A DNA stretch of 64,000 nt, taken from positions 2,528,001-2,592,000 of the forward strand of contig OZ244744.1 in NCBI GenBank assembly GCA_965219455.1, written 5' to 3'. Each line of letters starts with the position of its first letter. Position 1 is the first letter of the stretch. Under the pieces are notes generated by a model, which saw only the letters and a list, made by a program, of their open reading frames with translations, did no database searches and had not been told where the DNA came from. This DNA is from Candidatus Latescibacterota bacterium (GTDB lineage Bacteria; Latescibacterota; UBA2968; GCA-2709665). Below, in pieces: positions 18,717-28,757 of this stretch. Both the position numbers and the translations under genes were made by a program.

Positions 18717-19634
18717 ATGCACTCCGGAATGAGCGGAGATCTACGGCATTTTGTCGTGGTTCCTGCCGAAGGCAAAAGAAAAGTGATACGGGTACAGCCT
18801 ACCAAAACGCGATTCGTTGATATTCATCACCTGGACTGGGACCTGAAGTGGTCCATCCAGTTTCCAGAAGTCATCACGTCGATGAATGGTGTGACGATGA
18901 TGTGGCAGAAGATCTGCCCTCAATGGACAAAGACAAGAGACAATGCATGGGCTTACGAATGGCAAACAACGCCTGAGTACATCAAAGAGCAGTTGGCATA
19001 CCGTCAAACCGATCCCTCAGGGAAGGTCATTCGACACAACTTCATAACAGGTCTTTTTCTCAGAGCAGCGTTGTCCGGACTCGAGGACAGAGTAGAATTG
19101 ACGTTGACCCTCACGAATCAGTCATCCGCGATATTTTATGACGTCGTTTCTGATGGTGGATGTCTCCAGACAAAGTCATCTGATTTCCTGGATCAAAATG
19201 AAGTCAAACGATCCTACATCCTGGTGAAAGGTAAGCCGGAGAGCATGGGCGATCTTCACAGAACTATGGAAATTCGGACCGTGTATCATGCAGACCTTAT
19301 GGACTACGAAAAAGAATGGGTCAATAGGTCAGCATGGTTCTGGGGAAGAAGCAATACGGCCATAGACCGGCCGGCCATCCTGGGTGCCGTTTCTCATGAT
19401 AGGTCTAAGGCAATAGCGCTCGGATATGAGTGTGCAACTTCGGCTTTTCAGAACGCTGACGGGCATCATTGTCTGCATAGCAGACCTCTTTTCGGTGATA
19501 TTGCACCGGGGCAGTCAGTAACTCGGAAAGGCTACATCCTGTTCGGCAGCGAGTTCCCTGCGCTGGCAAAGCGACTTGGCAAACAACTCAACAGACTGGA
19601 CACGTCTAACCTGAATCATTCAAAAAAAAGGTAA
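18717..19634 (+). CDS. Hypothetical protein; last codons run into IS remnant
   Basis: Long ORF, RBS-like ggagag before 18717; start uncertain. Confidence 0.6.
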   Translation: MHSGMSGDLRHFVVVPAEGKRKVIRVQPTKTRFVDIHHLDWDLKWSIQFPEVITSMNGVTMMWQKICPQWTKTRDNAWAYEWQTTPEYIKEQLAYRQTDPSGKVIRHNFITGLFLRAALSGLEDRVELTLTLTNQSSAIFYDVVSDGGCLQTKSSDFLDQNEVKRSYILVKGKPESMGDLHRTMEIRTVYHADLMDYEKEWVNRSAWFWGRSNTAIDRPAILGAVSHDRSKAIALGYECATSAFQNADGHHCLHSRPLFGDIAPGQSVTRKGYILFGSEFPALAKRLGKQLNRLDTSNLNHSKKR

Positions 19635-19782
19635 TTTCCTAACCCAAGTCATTGTATTATGGTTGCGCAAATAACCTATAACAATGAACTTGGAGGAAAC
19701 TACCGTGGGTGCTCAAAATAATCATCACAGCATCCTTTTCACAAGTCTTTTTGGCAAAGAGCTGGAAGGCGCCTTCGATGGG
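19610..19782 (+). mobile_element. IS1380-family left-end remnant
   Basis: Starts cctgaatcattca after tctaa; RBS ggagg then ..ILFTSLFGKELEGAFDG resembling an IS1380 transposase N-terminus, then truncated. Confidence 0.55.
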
Positions 19783-20125
19783 AACCGACATGGGGCGACG
19801 TTTCAAAGCTCGTTCCCTTCATCAAAGAACTAGCACCACAGAACTCGTTGATTGAGCTACGCGCATTTTTGGGCGGAAACTCCACGGCACACTTCAATGG
19901 CCGTCGACAGGCTCAGGGTTCAGGCTCCGCGGTCTACACTATAGGCGCCGACCTGTATGCGCGCCTCGATGCGCGTGAAATCGCCAATGCTCTTGCCACC
20001 GCTTTCTTTTGTGGGTATAATTCCAGGTGCCAACGGCACTTCAAGTTTCAGTAAGGCGAGTCGTGTTTGGCTGTGGAATAGCGAACCGCTGAGACTGGTA
20101 TTCGTGGCGAGGAAGCTGCCACCAG

Positions 20126-20397
20126 ATGGAATTTGAATGGGACCCGGAAAAAGCAAAAGCCAACGAGTTCAAACATGATCTCAGTTTTCCAGAAGGGGCC
20201 AGTGTCTTCGGCGACCCTCTGGCGATAACTTTCCCCGACCCGGATCACTCAGTGGATGAAGGGCGATACGTAACTTTGGTCTCTCGAGACCGGGTCGATA
20301 CGTAGTTATCTCGCATACACAACGGGCTGGAAAGACGAGAATAATAAGTGCGCGTCTAATGACGCGTCGGGAAAGGAGAATCTATGAAGAGGGCTGA
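20126..20397 (+). pseudogene. brnT: BrnT toxin with 1-bp frameshift
   Basis: MEFEWDPEKAKANEFKHDLSF..DPDHSVDEGRYVT / shift near 20275 / ..RIISARLMTRRERRIYEEG*; span 272 nt. Confidence 0.85.
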
Positions 20398-20611
20398 ACC
20401 GGACGAACTGCGACCGGAATATCGCCGTGGAGATCTCGGTCCTGGCGTCCGGGGCAAGTATTTTGAGTCTTTTCGATCCGGGACAAATCTCGTCTTACTC
20501 GAGCCGGACATTGCCAGGGCATTTCCTACCGAGGAGGCCGTAAATAACGCACTTCGGTCATTTTTGGAAGGGGCCAGGGGACCGGCAGACTCGAGGAAGA
20601 GCACCAGTTGA
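20384..20611 (+). CDS. BrnA-like antitoxin
   Basis: DELRPEY..GVRGKY..LEPDIARAFPTEEAVNNALR, overlaps brnT end. Confidence 0.8.
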   Translation: MKRAEPDELRPEYRRGDLGPGVRGKYFESFRSGTNLVLLEPDIARAFPTEEAVNNALRSFLEGARGPADSRKSTS

Positions 20612-20801
20612 AAAGCGAAATACAATTGTTCTTGTTGTTATCGCAGTAACGGTTGGAATTACTCACGGCAAAAAAGCGGCCAAACTTGCATAAAGGATGC
20701 GCCTCTCAACTGGGTTTGGGTTATTTCCGACCACTGCCTTCCTTTGTCGGTATAATTCCATGTGCCAACGGTTCTACTAACTCGGTGAGAAAGGAGGTGC
20801 C

Positions 20802-21017
20802 ATGTCAAGAAAGTCACAGGCGACTAAGGGTTCGAGAGTTCATGTCATCTCAAGAAAAGATCGTTGGGCAGTCAAGAAGGAAGGAAATTCCAGAGCGTCA
20901 AAAATCTACGGCACCAAATCTGCTGCCGAAAAAGGTGCTAGCGAAATATCGAAAGGCAGTGATGTTGTCATCCATAGACGAGATGGATCGGTACAAAAAT
21001 GGATAAGGGCTAAGTGA
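20802..21017 (+). CDS. DUF2188-like small protein
   Basis: HVISRKDRWAVKKEGNSRASK..VVIHRRDGSV; RBS aggagg. Confidence 0.8.
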   Translation: MSRKSQATKGSRVHVISRKDRWAVKKEGNSRASKIYGTKSAAEKGASEISKGSDVVIHRRDGSVQKWIRAK

Positions 21018-21631
21018 ACAGCCGGGGGGATTTCCATTCCAAAATCTTCATCAACTGTCCCTTTGATGACGATTACACTCGCCTACTGAGACCTCTCCTG
21101 TTCAGTGCTGTTCGTACAGGCCTGACGGTGAGAATTGCATCGGAGATTTTTGACTCCGGAGTTGCGAGGATCCATCGAATATGTGATTTGGTACGTGAAT
21201 CCAAATACAGTGTGCATGATCTGTCAAGGATGCGAGCGTCATTCGAGGGCGAAATCCACAGGATGAATATGCCCTTCGAACTGGGTCTCGACATCGGTTG
21301 CCGGGTCTTCTCTCGCGGCTTAATGAGTCAAAAGCGATGTTTGATTTTGGAGACTGAACAGTACGAGTACCAAAAGGCATTATCTGATCTCTCGAACTCC
21401 GACATTAAACGCCACCGTGATGAGCCTGAAGAACTGATCCGTCAAGTACGTAACTGGTTTGTTGAGGTCGGCATCAATGGGGTTCCGAGCGGTACCATGA
21501 TCTGGGAACAATTCAACGAGTTTATGGCCAACTTCTATCACGAGAGGGAGGCCGAGGGCTTCAGGGGCAAAGATCTGGATATGATGCCTGTTCCTGAGTA
21601 TCTCGGGTTCATCGAAGCCTGGGTCGGTTGA
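21014..21631 (+). CDS. Nucleoside deoxyribosyltransferase/TIR-like fold protein
   Basis: IFINCPFD..HDLS..NMPFELG motif; overlaps upstream stop. Confidence 0.65.
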   Translation: MNSRGDFHSKIFINCPFDDDYTRLLRPLLFSAVRTGLTVRIASEIFDSGVARIHRICDLVRESKYSVHDLSRMRASFEGEIHRMNMPFELGLDIGCRVFSRGLMSQKRCLILETEQYEYQKALSDLSNSDIKRHRDEPEELIRQVRNWFVEVGINGVPSGTMIWEQFNEFMANFYHEREAEGFRGKDLDMMPVPEYLGFIEAWVG

Positions 21632-21792
21632 CTGAGAAACAAAGTTCTTGATGTTATGGAATCAGCCGCGTATATTTCCTATGTGTAGACTACTGGTCGC
21701 CAACATTGGGTCCGTTGACAATTCGTGATAACGGTCATTCGATGGAGGATTTTCCACATTTAGATAACACGACATTGCCATAGTAATTCCGG

Positions 21793-21938
21793 ATTCAGGT
21801 TACAAAACAGGGAAAACGGTGAAAATCCGTTGCGGTCCCGCCGCTGTAACTGGGGATGTTTCTCGCCGCGATGCCACTGGTTAAAACCGGGAAGGCGCGA
21901 GAACCAGGTGATCCAGGAGCCAGAAGACCTGCCTGAAT
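21793..21938 (+). promoter_or_regulatory. Cobalamin riboswitch
   Basis: aacagggaa..ggtgaaaatcc..cccgccgctgta, gccactg, gggaagg and B12 box gagccagaagacctgcc; upstream of btu genes. Confidence 0.95.
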
Positions 21939-22022
21939 CTCAGAACTTATTGATTTCCTCGCGGATTTGGGAAAAGGTAAGACATCGCAGGCCACGCGGT
22001 TTCTATCGCGTAACGCGTCTAC

Positions 22023-22057
22023 CCCTGATTTCTGCAAGGAAGTCAGGGATTTTTTTT
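22023..22057 (+). terminator. Intrinsic terminator, riboswitch expression platform
   Basis: ccctgattt..aagtcaggg hairpin followed by T8. Confidence 0.75.
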
Positions 22058-22059
22058 GC

Positions 22060-22270
22060 AAAGCAGTCAGCTATAAGCGCTCAGCGTGAAACAAGACGTT
22101 TACAGCAGTGTATGCGCCTTGTTTGCATCTGTAGGGGCAACCCTTGTGGTTGCCCACGTCACGGCGCGCATATCACTGATTGACATCGCGGGTCCGTATC
22201 GCGAACCGGTTCTAGCTGAATGCTGAGAGCTGACAACTGATAGCTGTTGTTGCTGATCGCTGAAAGCCGG
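22060..22270. repeat. REP cluster in btu leader
   Basis: gtaggggcaacccttgtggttgccc (22131-22155) flanked by cagc/gctg-rich units. Confidence 0.75.
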
Positions 22271-22281
22271 AGGTTTTCGCC

Positions 22282-23406
22282 GTGGTGAATCTGAGAAGAT
22301 GGATACAAACGCTGTGTTACATCGGTATCTGTGCTGCGGCGATGCCTGTCTCCGCTGAGATGTCTTTGCAATATGCGCAGGGATTTGGCGTTGAATACTT
22401 CGATGGGTACAAGATCGTGTCCGTCCTGGCGCCGGGATCCGGAACGCGGCAAACGCTTCGGTACGTCCTGGTACAGCACGGCCGGAAATCGCCCGATGGC
22501 TTTGAAGGGGTTCCGAGGATACGGATTCCCGTACGCTCTCTGATAACCACGTCCACGACGCACCTGCCGCATATCGAAAAGCTGGATGAGGTTCAAAGCC
22601 TCGTTGCGGTCGACAACATCAAATTCGTCAATTCCGCAGCCGTCAAACGGCGTTTTGCAGCGGGCAGGATATCGGAAATCGGCAGGGGCAGATCCATCGA
22701 TATGGAGCGGGTTCTCATGCTCCGGCCCGATATCGTCTTCATCGACGCGCCGTCGCAGGACAATGCGTTTCACCCTCTGCAGCAGGCCGGGGTGACCGCC
22801 GTTGTGAATGCCGCCTATGCCGAACCGACGCTGCTCGGACGCGTGGAATGGCTCAAATTCGTAGGCGTTTTTTTCAATAAGGAAACATTGGCCGCCGCGC
22901 AATTCGACAGTGTTGTAGCCCGGTATCGGGTTCGCAAGGCGTTGACGCGGAATCTGCCGGTAGACAAAAAACCCACCGTCTTTGTCGGGTCCCTCTGGCG
23001 CGGGACCTGGTTCATGTCGGGCGGAAAAACGTATGCCGCGCAATTGCTCGAGGAGGCGGGCGCGGATTACCTGTGGGCGGACAATGAATCGCAACGGAGT
23101 TTGTCGCTGGATTTCGAAACGGTCTACGAAGAGGCGCACGATGCCGAATACTGGATAACGATGAGGAATGAGTGGGGTTCTCGCAACGACGTCGTGGCCG
23201 AGGATGAACGTTACGGGAACTTCAGGGCGATCAAAACGGGGAATGTCTTCAATGCCAATGCGCGCCTTAATGAGCACGGCGGTAACGACTATTGGGAAAC
23301 GGGCCTGATCGAACCGGACGTTCTGCTGGCTGATCTCATCAAGATCCTGCACCCGGACCTGCTCCCTGATCACCAACTCAAGTACTATCGAAAGCTGGAT
23401 CATTAA
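22282..23406 (+). CDS. btuF: Cobalamin ABC transporter substrate-binding protein (BtuF-like)
   Basis: Signal peptide; EPTLLGRVEWLKF, GGNDYWETG..PDVLLADL; riboswitch-controlled. Confidence 0.85.
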   Translation: MVNLRRWIQTLCYIGICAAAMPVSAEMSLQYAQGFGVEYFDGYKIVSVLAPGSGTRQTLRYVLVQHGRKSPDGFEGVPRIRIPVRSLITTSTTHLPHIEKLDEVQSLVAVDNIKFVNSAAVKRRFAAGRISEIGRGRSIDMERVLMLRPDIVFIDAPSQDNAFHPLQQAGVTAVVNAAYAEPTLLGRVEWLKFVGVFFNKETLAAAQFDSVVARYRVRKALTRNLPVDKKPTVFVGSLWRGTWFMSGGKTYAAQLLEEAGADYLWADNESQRSLSLDFETVYEEAHDAEYWITMRNEWGSRNDVVAEDERYGNFRAIKTGNVFNANARLNEHGGNDYWETGLIEPDVLLADLIKILHPDLLPDHQLKYYRKLDH

Positions 23407-23409
23407 CCC

Positions 23410-25605
23410 ATGCTAATAATACGACTCGTGATCTTCCTGATTCTCTGCGCAAGTACGCCGCTTCAGGCGGCGGAGATTGCCGGCCGCGTCATCGATGCGG
23501 AGACGCGAGCGTCCATCGCCAACGCGAGTGTTCGCGTTCTCAACGCCGATCTTGCGACAAAGACGGATGCCCGCGGTCATTTCGCTTTTTCTGATCTGAC
23601 GGCCGGCGCCTACACGCTCGCCATAACGCATATCGCCTACCAGGCCGGGCAACGCACGGTCCGCGTGAAAGGAAAGACCGAGGTTTCTGTCCGGCTGTCT
23701 CCCAGGACGTTTCCCCTCGATGAATTTTCGGTCATTGCCGATCCGATAGGAGCCAGCGACATTCACAGGAATCCGGCTTACGCCACCGTTATTGCGCGCG
23801 AAAGTTTCGAGGGAAGAGAAACGACCCTGCCCGATGTATTGGCCGAAACCACGGGTGTACACGTTAAGCGCCTGGGTGGGCTGGGCGCGTTCAGCACGCT
23901 CTCACTACGGGGTTCATCCGCCGATCAGGTTGAGGTCTATCTCGACGGTATTCTGTTGAACGCCGCCTTTGGCGGCGGCGTAGACCTCGGCAATTTGCCG
24001 CTGGCGCACGTCGAGCAGATCGAGGTGTATCGCGGCGCTGGCGCCGGTGGCAACGGCCTGGGCGGTACGGTGCACGTCCGCTCCCGCCCGTCGCAAAGAC
24101 GATGGCGACACGGCGTTCGAGGTTCGTGGGGGGCTTTCGATACACGGTTACTCAGTAGTGTGCTTGCGGGTGCGCTCGGGCAGTCGGAGTTTCTCGTTGT
24201 GGCCGACTACGCGCAAAGCGATAACGATTTCGGATTTCCGGACGACAACGGGACTGAATACAATGCCGATGACGACGTCTGGAGCAGACGCCGAAACAAC
24301 GACCACCGATCCCTCAACCTGTTGGGCAAATGGCGCCGCGCTCTGGGGAGGAACAGTAATGTGTCCATCCACGAGACGGCGTACTGGAAGCGCCAGGGCA
24401 TGCCCGGCATCAGCAACAATCAGTCGCGGAACGCGCAACTGGATGCCTTCCGGACCATGACCGAGGTAACATACGAAAATCGGGCGCTATCGAACGGCCT
24501 GGGTACGCGTCAATCGCTCTTTGTCACCCATACCAATGAACGCTTCCGCGATCCGGATGGCGAAGTGGGAATCGGTCGCCAGGATAACGACTATCGCACG
24601 CGCACTTATGGGTGGCGGAGCCGTTTGCAGACGGTTCTGTTTTCGCGCTGCGATATCGCGGCCGTGATTGGCTTGCGCCGGGAGGCCTATGTGCCCACAA
24701 CGCGGATCCGAACCATCGCCAATTTATTCGACAGCCGGCGATGGATCTTTTCCGCTCGCGCGGGCGTCGATGTTTCCTTGCCGGGACAAATCGGCGTGTG
24801 GTCGTTGAGCGCCGAACAACGCCGGATACACAGTACTTTTACCGGCGCCAATCCCTTTGACTTTTCGCCGCTTGCGCCCGATTCCGCAAATACGCGCAAT
24901 CTCACCACCGTGCGCTCGGGTGTGCGGCTGGATCTGGCATCGCACGTAACGTTCAAGGCCAATGCGGGGCGCGTGTTCCGGGTGCCCTCTTTCTTCGAGC
25001 TTTTCGGCGACCGCGGCGGTGTGGTGGGCAACGTCAATCTCAGGCCCGAATACGGTTTTGCGTGGGATGTGGGCCTGCGCTATTCGGATGGAACAACCGC
25101 GTTGGAACTGGCGTTTTTCGATCACCGCTATGTAGACCTGATCCAGTTTGTCCACACGTCGCAAGCCACGTCGCGCCCCGTCAACATTGGCAGTGCGCGG
25201 GTGTACGGACTCGAAATAACCGCGCGAAAGCGCTTCGGTCCCCGCTTCAACCTGTCCGGGAATTACACGTATCAAAATGCCAGAGACCGATCGGACATTC
25301 CCTATCTGAATGGCAACGATCTGCCCAATCGTCCGCCCCACGCGCTTTTTGCCCGGGCGACGGCGCGGCTGGGACACTGTACGGTGACCTACGACTTCAG
25401 CCTGGAGGACGGGAGCTATCTCGACCAGGCGAATCGACGGCCGCTGTCGGTGCGCCACATTCACAACGCGGGCGTGAAAGTGGATACCGGGCGACGGTTT
25501 AAAATCGGATTTGAGGCAAAAAATATATTCGGGGCGCAAATCGCCGATACCTGGGGTTACCCGCTGCCCGGGCGCGCGTTTTTTGTGAGTGTGAGCACGG
25601 AATGA
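23410..25605 (+). CDS. btuB: TonB-dependent receptor (BtuB-like)
   Basis: N-terminal CarboxypepD-like domain, plug SLRGSSADQVEVYLDG, C-terminal GYPLPGR. Confidence 0.85.
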   Translation: MLIIRLVIFLILCASTPLQAAEIAGRVIDAETRASIANASVRVLNADLATKTDARGHFAFSDLTAGAYTLAITHIAYQAGQRTVRVKGKTEVSVRLSPRTFPLDEFSVIADPIGASDIHRNPAYATVIARESFEGRETTLPDVLAETTGVHVKRLGGLGAFSTLSLRGSSADQVEVYLDGILLNAAFGGGVDLGNLPLAHVEQIEVYRGAGAGGNGLGGTVHVRSRPSQRRWRHGVRGSWGAFDTRLLSSVLAGALGQSEFLVVADYAQSDNDFGFPDDNGTEYNADDDVWSRRRNNDHRSLNLLGKWRRALGRNSNVSIHETAYWKRQGMPGISNNQSRNAQLDAFRTMTEVTYENRALSNGLGTRQSLFVTHTNERFRDPDGEVGIGRQDNDYRTRTYGWRSRLQTVLFSRCDIAAVIGLRREAYVPTTRIRTIANLFDSRRWIFSARAGVDVSLPGQIGVWSLSAEQRRIHSTFTGANPFDFSPLAPDSANTRNLTTVRSGVRLDLASHVTFKANAGRVFRVPSFFELFGDRGGVVGNVNLRPEYGFAWDVGLRYSDGTTALELAFFDHRYVDLIQFVHTSQATSRPVNIGSARVYGLEITARKRFGPRFNLSGNYTYQNARDRSDIPYLNGNDLPNRPPHALFARATARLGHCTVTYDFSLEDGSYLDQANRRPLSVRHIHNAGVKVDTGRRFKIGFEAKNIFGAQIADTWGYPLPGRAFFVSVSTE

Positions 25606-25732
25606 GCGATGGAAGGCAGGAGAAGGTAGGTCCGGGAGGCGAATCGCCCCTTTTTCAGCTGAAGCCGGTTTATCGGGCGAATACCACGAATCAAGTGGTC
25701 GTTTTTTACTTTTAACGGGGGGGCCGGATTTA

Positions 25733-26977
25733 ATGCGGTGGTTTCTGATGGTTCTGTTTCTTGCAACCGATGCATTGGCGAATCAGGCGGTACTTACGAC
25801 AACGGATTACAGCAGCGGTGGCCTTTCAAGCCTGGATCTTGGCACAAATACGGCAACCAACGATCACCTCACGATCCATTCGGATGCGGTTGTGCGCACG
25901 TATCGCGACAAGGTGTATATTCTCAATCGCCTGCCGCAGGATAATGTGATCGTGTTGGATCGTAGCGATCTAATGACGCCAATTACGCAGTATTCGACGG
26001 GGAATGGTTCGAACCCGCACGATATCGCCTTTGTCAGCGAGGCAAAGGCGTATATCTCACTGTTCGAGCGGTCACAACTGCTCATTGTCAATCCCGTCAC
26101 GGGCGACTCGCTCGGCTCGGTCGATCTATCCACATTCGCAGATGCCGATGGCCTGCCGGAAGTCTCTCAGCTGGCCTTATACGGGAGTCATTTATTCGCC
26201 GCGTGTCAACGGTTGGATAGGGAAAATGGATGGGCGCCGACCGAATTTTCTTCCATTGCCGTTGTTGACGTGACGACCGATCTATTGGTGGACGCGGATT
26301 CAGATACAGAGGGTGTACAGGGCATTGTGATGGGGGGCAAGAATCCCTACAGCGCCTTCCAGCGAGGAAGCAGGTGGGTTTTGAGTACTTATAATATGTA
26401 CACAGATTTAACTGACGGCGGAATTGAGGTGATCGATCTGGAAAATCTGGTGAGCGAAGGGATTAAAATTGATGAAGTAGCAGCAGGCGGCAACATATGG
26501 GCGCTGGCGATGGTTTCTGACGTCGAAGGGTATGTCGTGGTTACCGACGAGAATTTCGTCAATATCGTCAACCGGTTCAATCTGACGACTCGGTCCGTAT
26601 TAAAGAGACTGGACGGTCTTTCCGGTGGGGAAGTTCCAAGCCTGGGTATATTCGGCGAGCGACTATATTTATCGGACCGAGGCAGTTTCAGCGATCCGGC
26701 TTCCGCCGGCGTGAAGGTCTACGACGTAAATACGGAGGAACTTCTGGCCGGTCCGATCTCCACCGGTTTGCCGCCGTCAAGCATTGCGTTTGTAGGCAGC
26801 GCGGCGGATTTCAATGGCGATTGCGTGGTGGATTTCAGCGATTTCGTGGTATTTGCTTCCGGCTTTGGCAGGACAGCCGGCGACGGCGAGTTTGATGCCA
26901 GATTCGATTTGAACGGCAATGGAGAGGTTGATTTTCCCGATTTTCTGATCTTTGCTTCGGAATTCGGAGGTGGATGA
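25733..26977 (+). CDS. BtuG/YncE-like beta-propeller with C-terminal dockerin-like EF-hand pair
   Basis: Signal peptide; NPHDIAFVSEAKAYIS; ADFNGDCVVDFSDF..FDLNGNGEVDFPDF. Confidence 0.75.
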   Translation: MRWFLMVLFLATDALANQAVLTTTDYSSGGLSSLDLGTNTATNDHLTIHSDAVVRTYRDKVYILNRLPQDNVIVLDRSDLMTPITQYSTGNGSNPHDIAFVSEAKAYISLFERSQLLIVNPVTGDSLGSVDLSTFADADGLPEVSQLALYGSHLFAACQRLDRENGWAPTEFSSIAVVDVTTDLLVDADSDTEGVQGIVMGGKNPYSAFQRGSRWVLSTYNMYTDLTDGGIEVIDLENLVSEGIKIDEVAAGGNIWALAMVSDVEGYVVVTDENFVNIVNRFNLTTRSVLKRLDGLSGGEVPSLGIFGERLYLSDRGSFSDPASAGVKVYDVNTEELLAGPISTGLPPSSIAFVGSAADFNGDCVVDFSDFVVFASGFGRTAGDGEFDARFDLNGNGEVDFPDFLIFASEFGGG

Positions 26978-27070
26978 GCACGCGCGAAGACTGGTTCCCG
27001 CAGGAACTCAATGCCGGAAAAGAATCCCGTTCGCGGCGCATAGAATTGATTGAACTTGCTTGTTCCTGGT

Positions 27071-27110
27071 CATTGAGCTTGTCGAAATGTGGACGCTGAG
27101 CTTGTCGAAG
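27071..27110. repeat. tgagcttgtcgaa-type REP doublet
   Basis: Also at 31456-31490 and inverted at 63970-64000. Confidence 0.75.
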
Positions 27111-27154
27111 CACCCGCTATTCGTTACCCGCCAGGTGGAATCTTCCCCACCCCC

Positions 27155-27510
27155 AAACGTCCCCTATTCCCTTGCCCTTTTTCTTGCTTCGCCCAAGAAA
27201 AAGGGCGAAAAAGAAGGGCGCCGCTCGGCGCCTGTCTGCGTGCGTGAGACAGCACGCACAGGCAGGCGGGGCCGGTTTTTCCGTGAATCACTTCAGGGGT
27301 GGAAATGGGAATTGGGTGGCCTACGGGCTCCTTAACTGTACCAATACAACTGTGCTGGTCGGATAAACACGGAGAACCTGCCTCCGCCCGCGAAGCGGGT
27401 GACCTGTTGTACCGCGGTTTTGCGGGACAACAGGGGACGCGTGGTTCTGGCGTCCGAGGCTGCTGGTGAGCGGCTCGTTTCATGCCGCGAACAAACCCCC
27501 CGCACCACCA
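27155..27510 (+). repeat. Long structured repeat family B, copy 1, with 36-bp palindrome inserted at 27231-27266
   Basis: Matches 49435-49565 (direct, partial) and 59885-60187 (inverted). Confidence 0.85.
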
Positions 27511-28245
27511 GGCGCGTGATTGCACAAGGCCTGGTTTTCCACCCCCTTTCCTTTAGGAGAGGGGGCCGGGGGAGAGGTCCAGGCACCCACAAAGTGGCGA
27601 TGACGTTTACGACTGGCAACGGCAGGCCCTATCGAAATCCGGTGAACGCGGGGCGGCCCTCTTACCTCTACCCTCTTCCCTCTACCTGGTGGCGGCCGGG
27701 TGGACGGGCGTTTTGTTAGCTGAAAACTGACTGCTGATAGCTGATTCCACGGATTACTTGCAAATCAAGGTTCGGTCCCAGAAATATGTCACCATTCATC
27801 CGCAGGTTCATCCCGTCTCTCTGCGTTCCCTTCACTCGGCGGCGGCCTCGCTGGCGGCGAAACCGGTAAGCATGGCCGGCGCGTTGCAGCGGCGTCTTGT
27901 CGGTCCCGTCTGGCAGGGTGGAAAAAAGATTACGGACCTATGGTTGGGCGATGAATCCGACCCGGAAGGCGGCCAGCCCGAGGATATGCGGCGCATGTGC
28001 GTCTTTGTCAGTGTCACCTGTCTGCTCGCAACGGCTCTGGCGGTTTTTGTGCTGTTCCTATAGCGAACGTTGACTTTCTGAGGTTAGTCCACTATTCTCC
28101 AGTACGCTATTCTGAATGCACAACACAAGGTCAATGATATTCTCAAATTAGACGTCACGCCCGGTTGGACACCTGAAGGCATGAAAACCGTGACGAAAGC
28201 GTCTATTTTCAGACCAATAGTGGAATAATCCGCGCCGAGGAAAAA

Positions 28246-28515
28246 ATGAAAACATATCTATTTAAGGCTGTCCTGGAGAAAGACAAATGGCCTGATGAGC
28301 CGGATTCAAAAGCGGTGTGGCGAGCTTATATTCCCGCGTTGGAACATAGAGGGGCTGCAAGCTGGGGAAATACCGAGAAAGAGGCCCTGCGGAATTTAAG
28401 GAACGCTGTTGATCTACATGTTGCGTACTTGCTGGAGAATGGAGAAGAGATCCCTTCTGAGCCATCTTCACAGATTCATGTCAGCGACGTTCCTTTGGTC
28501 ACCGTAGCGATCTGA
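28246..28515 (+). CDS. hicB: HicB family antitoxin
   Basis: WRAYIPAL..GAASWGNTEKEALRNLRNAV..GEEIP. Confidence 0.85.
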   Translation: MKTYLFKAVLEKDKWPDEPDSKAVWRAYIPALEHRGAASWGNTEKEALRNLRNAVDLHVAYLLENGEEIPSEPSSQIHVSDVPLVTVAI

Positions 28516-28516
28516 T

Positions 28517-28650
28517 ATGGCTATTGATTATAGCAGGCTTCGTTCACTGACGGCACGCAGATTGATGCGGGCATTAAACAGAGACGGGTTTCGTGAATAC
28601 AGAAGAAAAGGCGCGACCCGTCTTTTCGTTCACGCGGATGGAAGGATAGC
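28517..28650 (+). pseudogene. hicA: HicA toxin, 3'-truncated
   Basis: LRSLTARRLMRALNRDGFREYRRKGATRLFVHADGR, then unrelated sequence and a REP hairpin (28695-28737). Confidence 0.7.
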
Positions 28651-28757
28651 CTTGAGCACCTTAGTCGCTATTTTAATTTATCTGGACCTACCTTCCTCGC
28701 TCCCCTTCCCGTCCCGGGGAGGGGCTGGGTGAGGGGTCATACAATTCCGGAGGCGCG

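Noticed and set aside
27060-27719. ORFs over repeat families (also 3500-3751, 59040-59774, 59873-60103)
   Set aside because: They translate non-coding repeats; frames and lengths differ between copies
27758-28063. Small ORF with C-terminal hydrophobic segment
   Set aside because: Could be real, but no clear start, RBS or recognisable family
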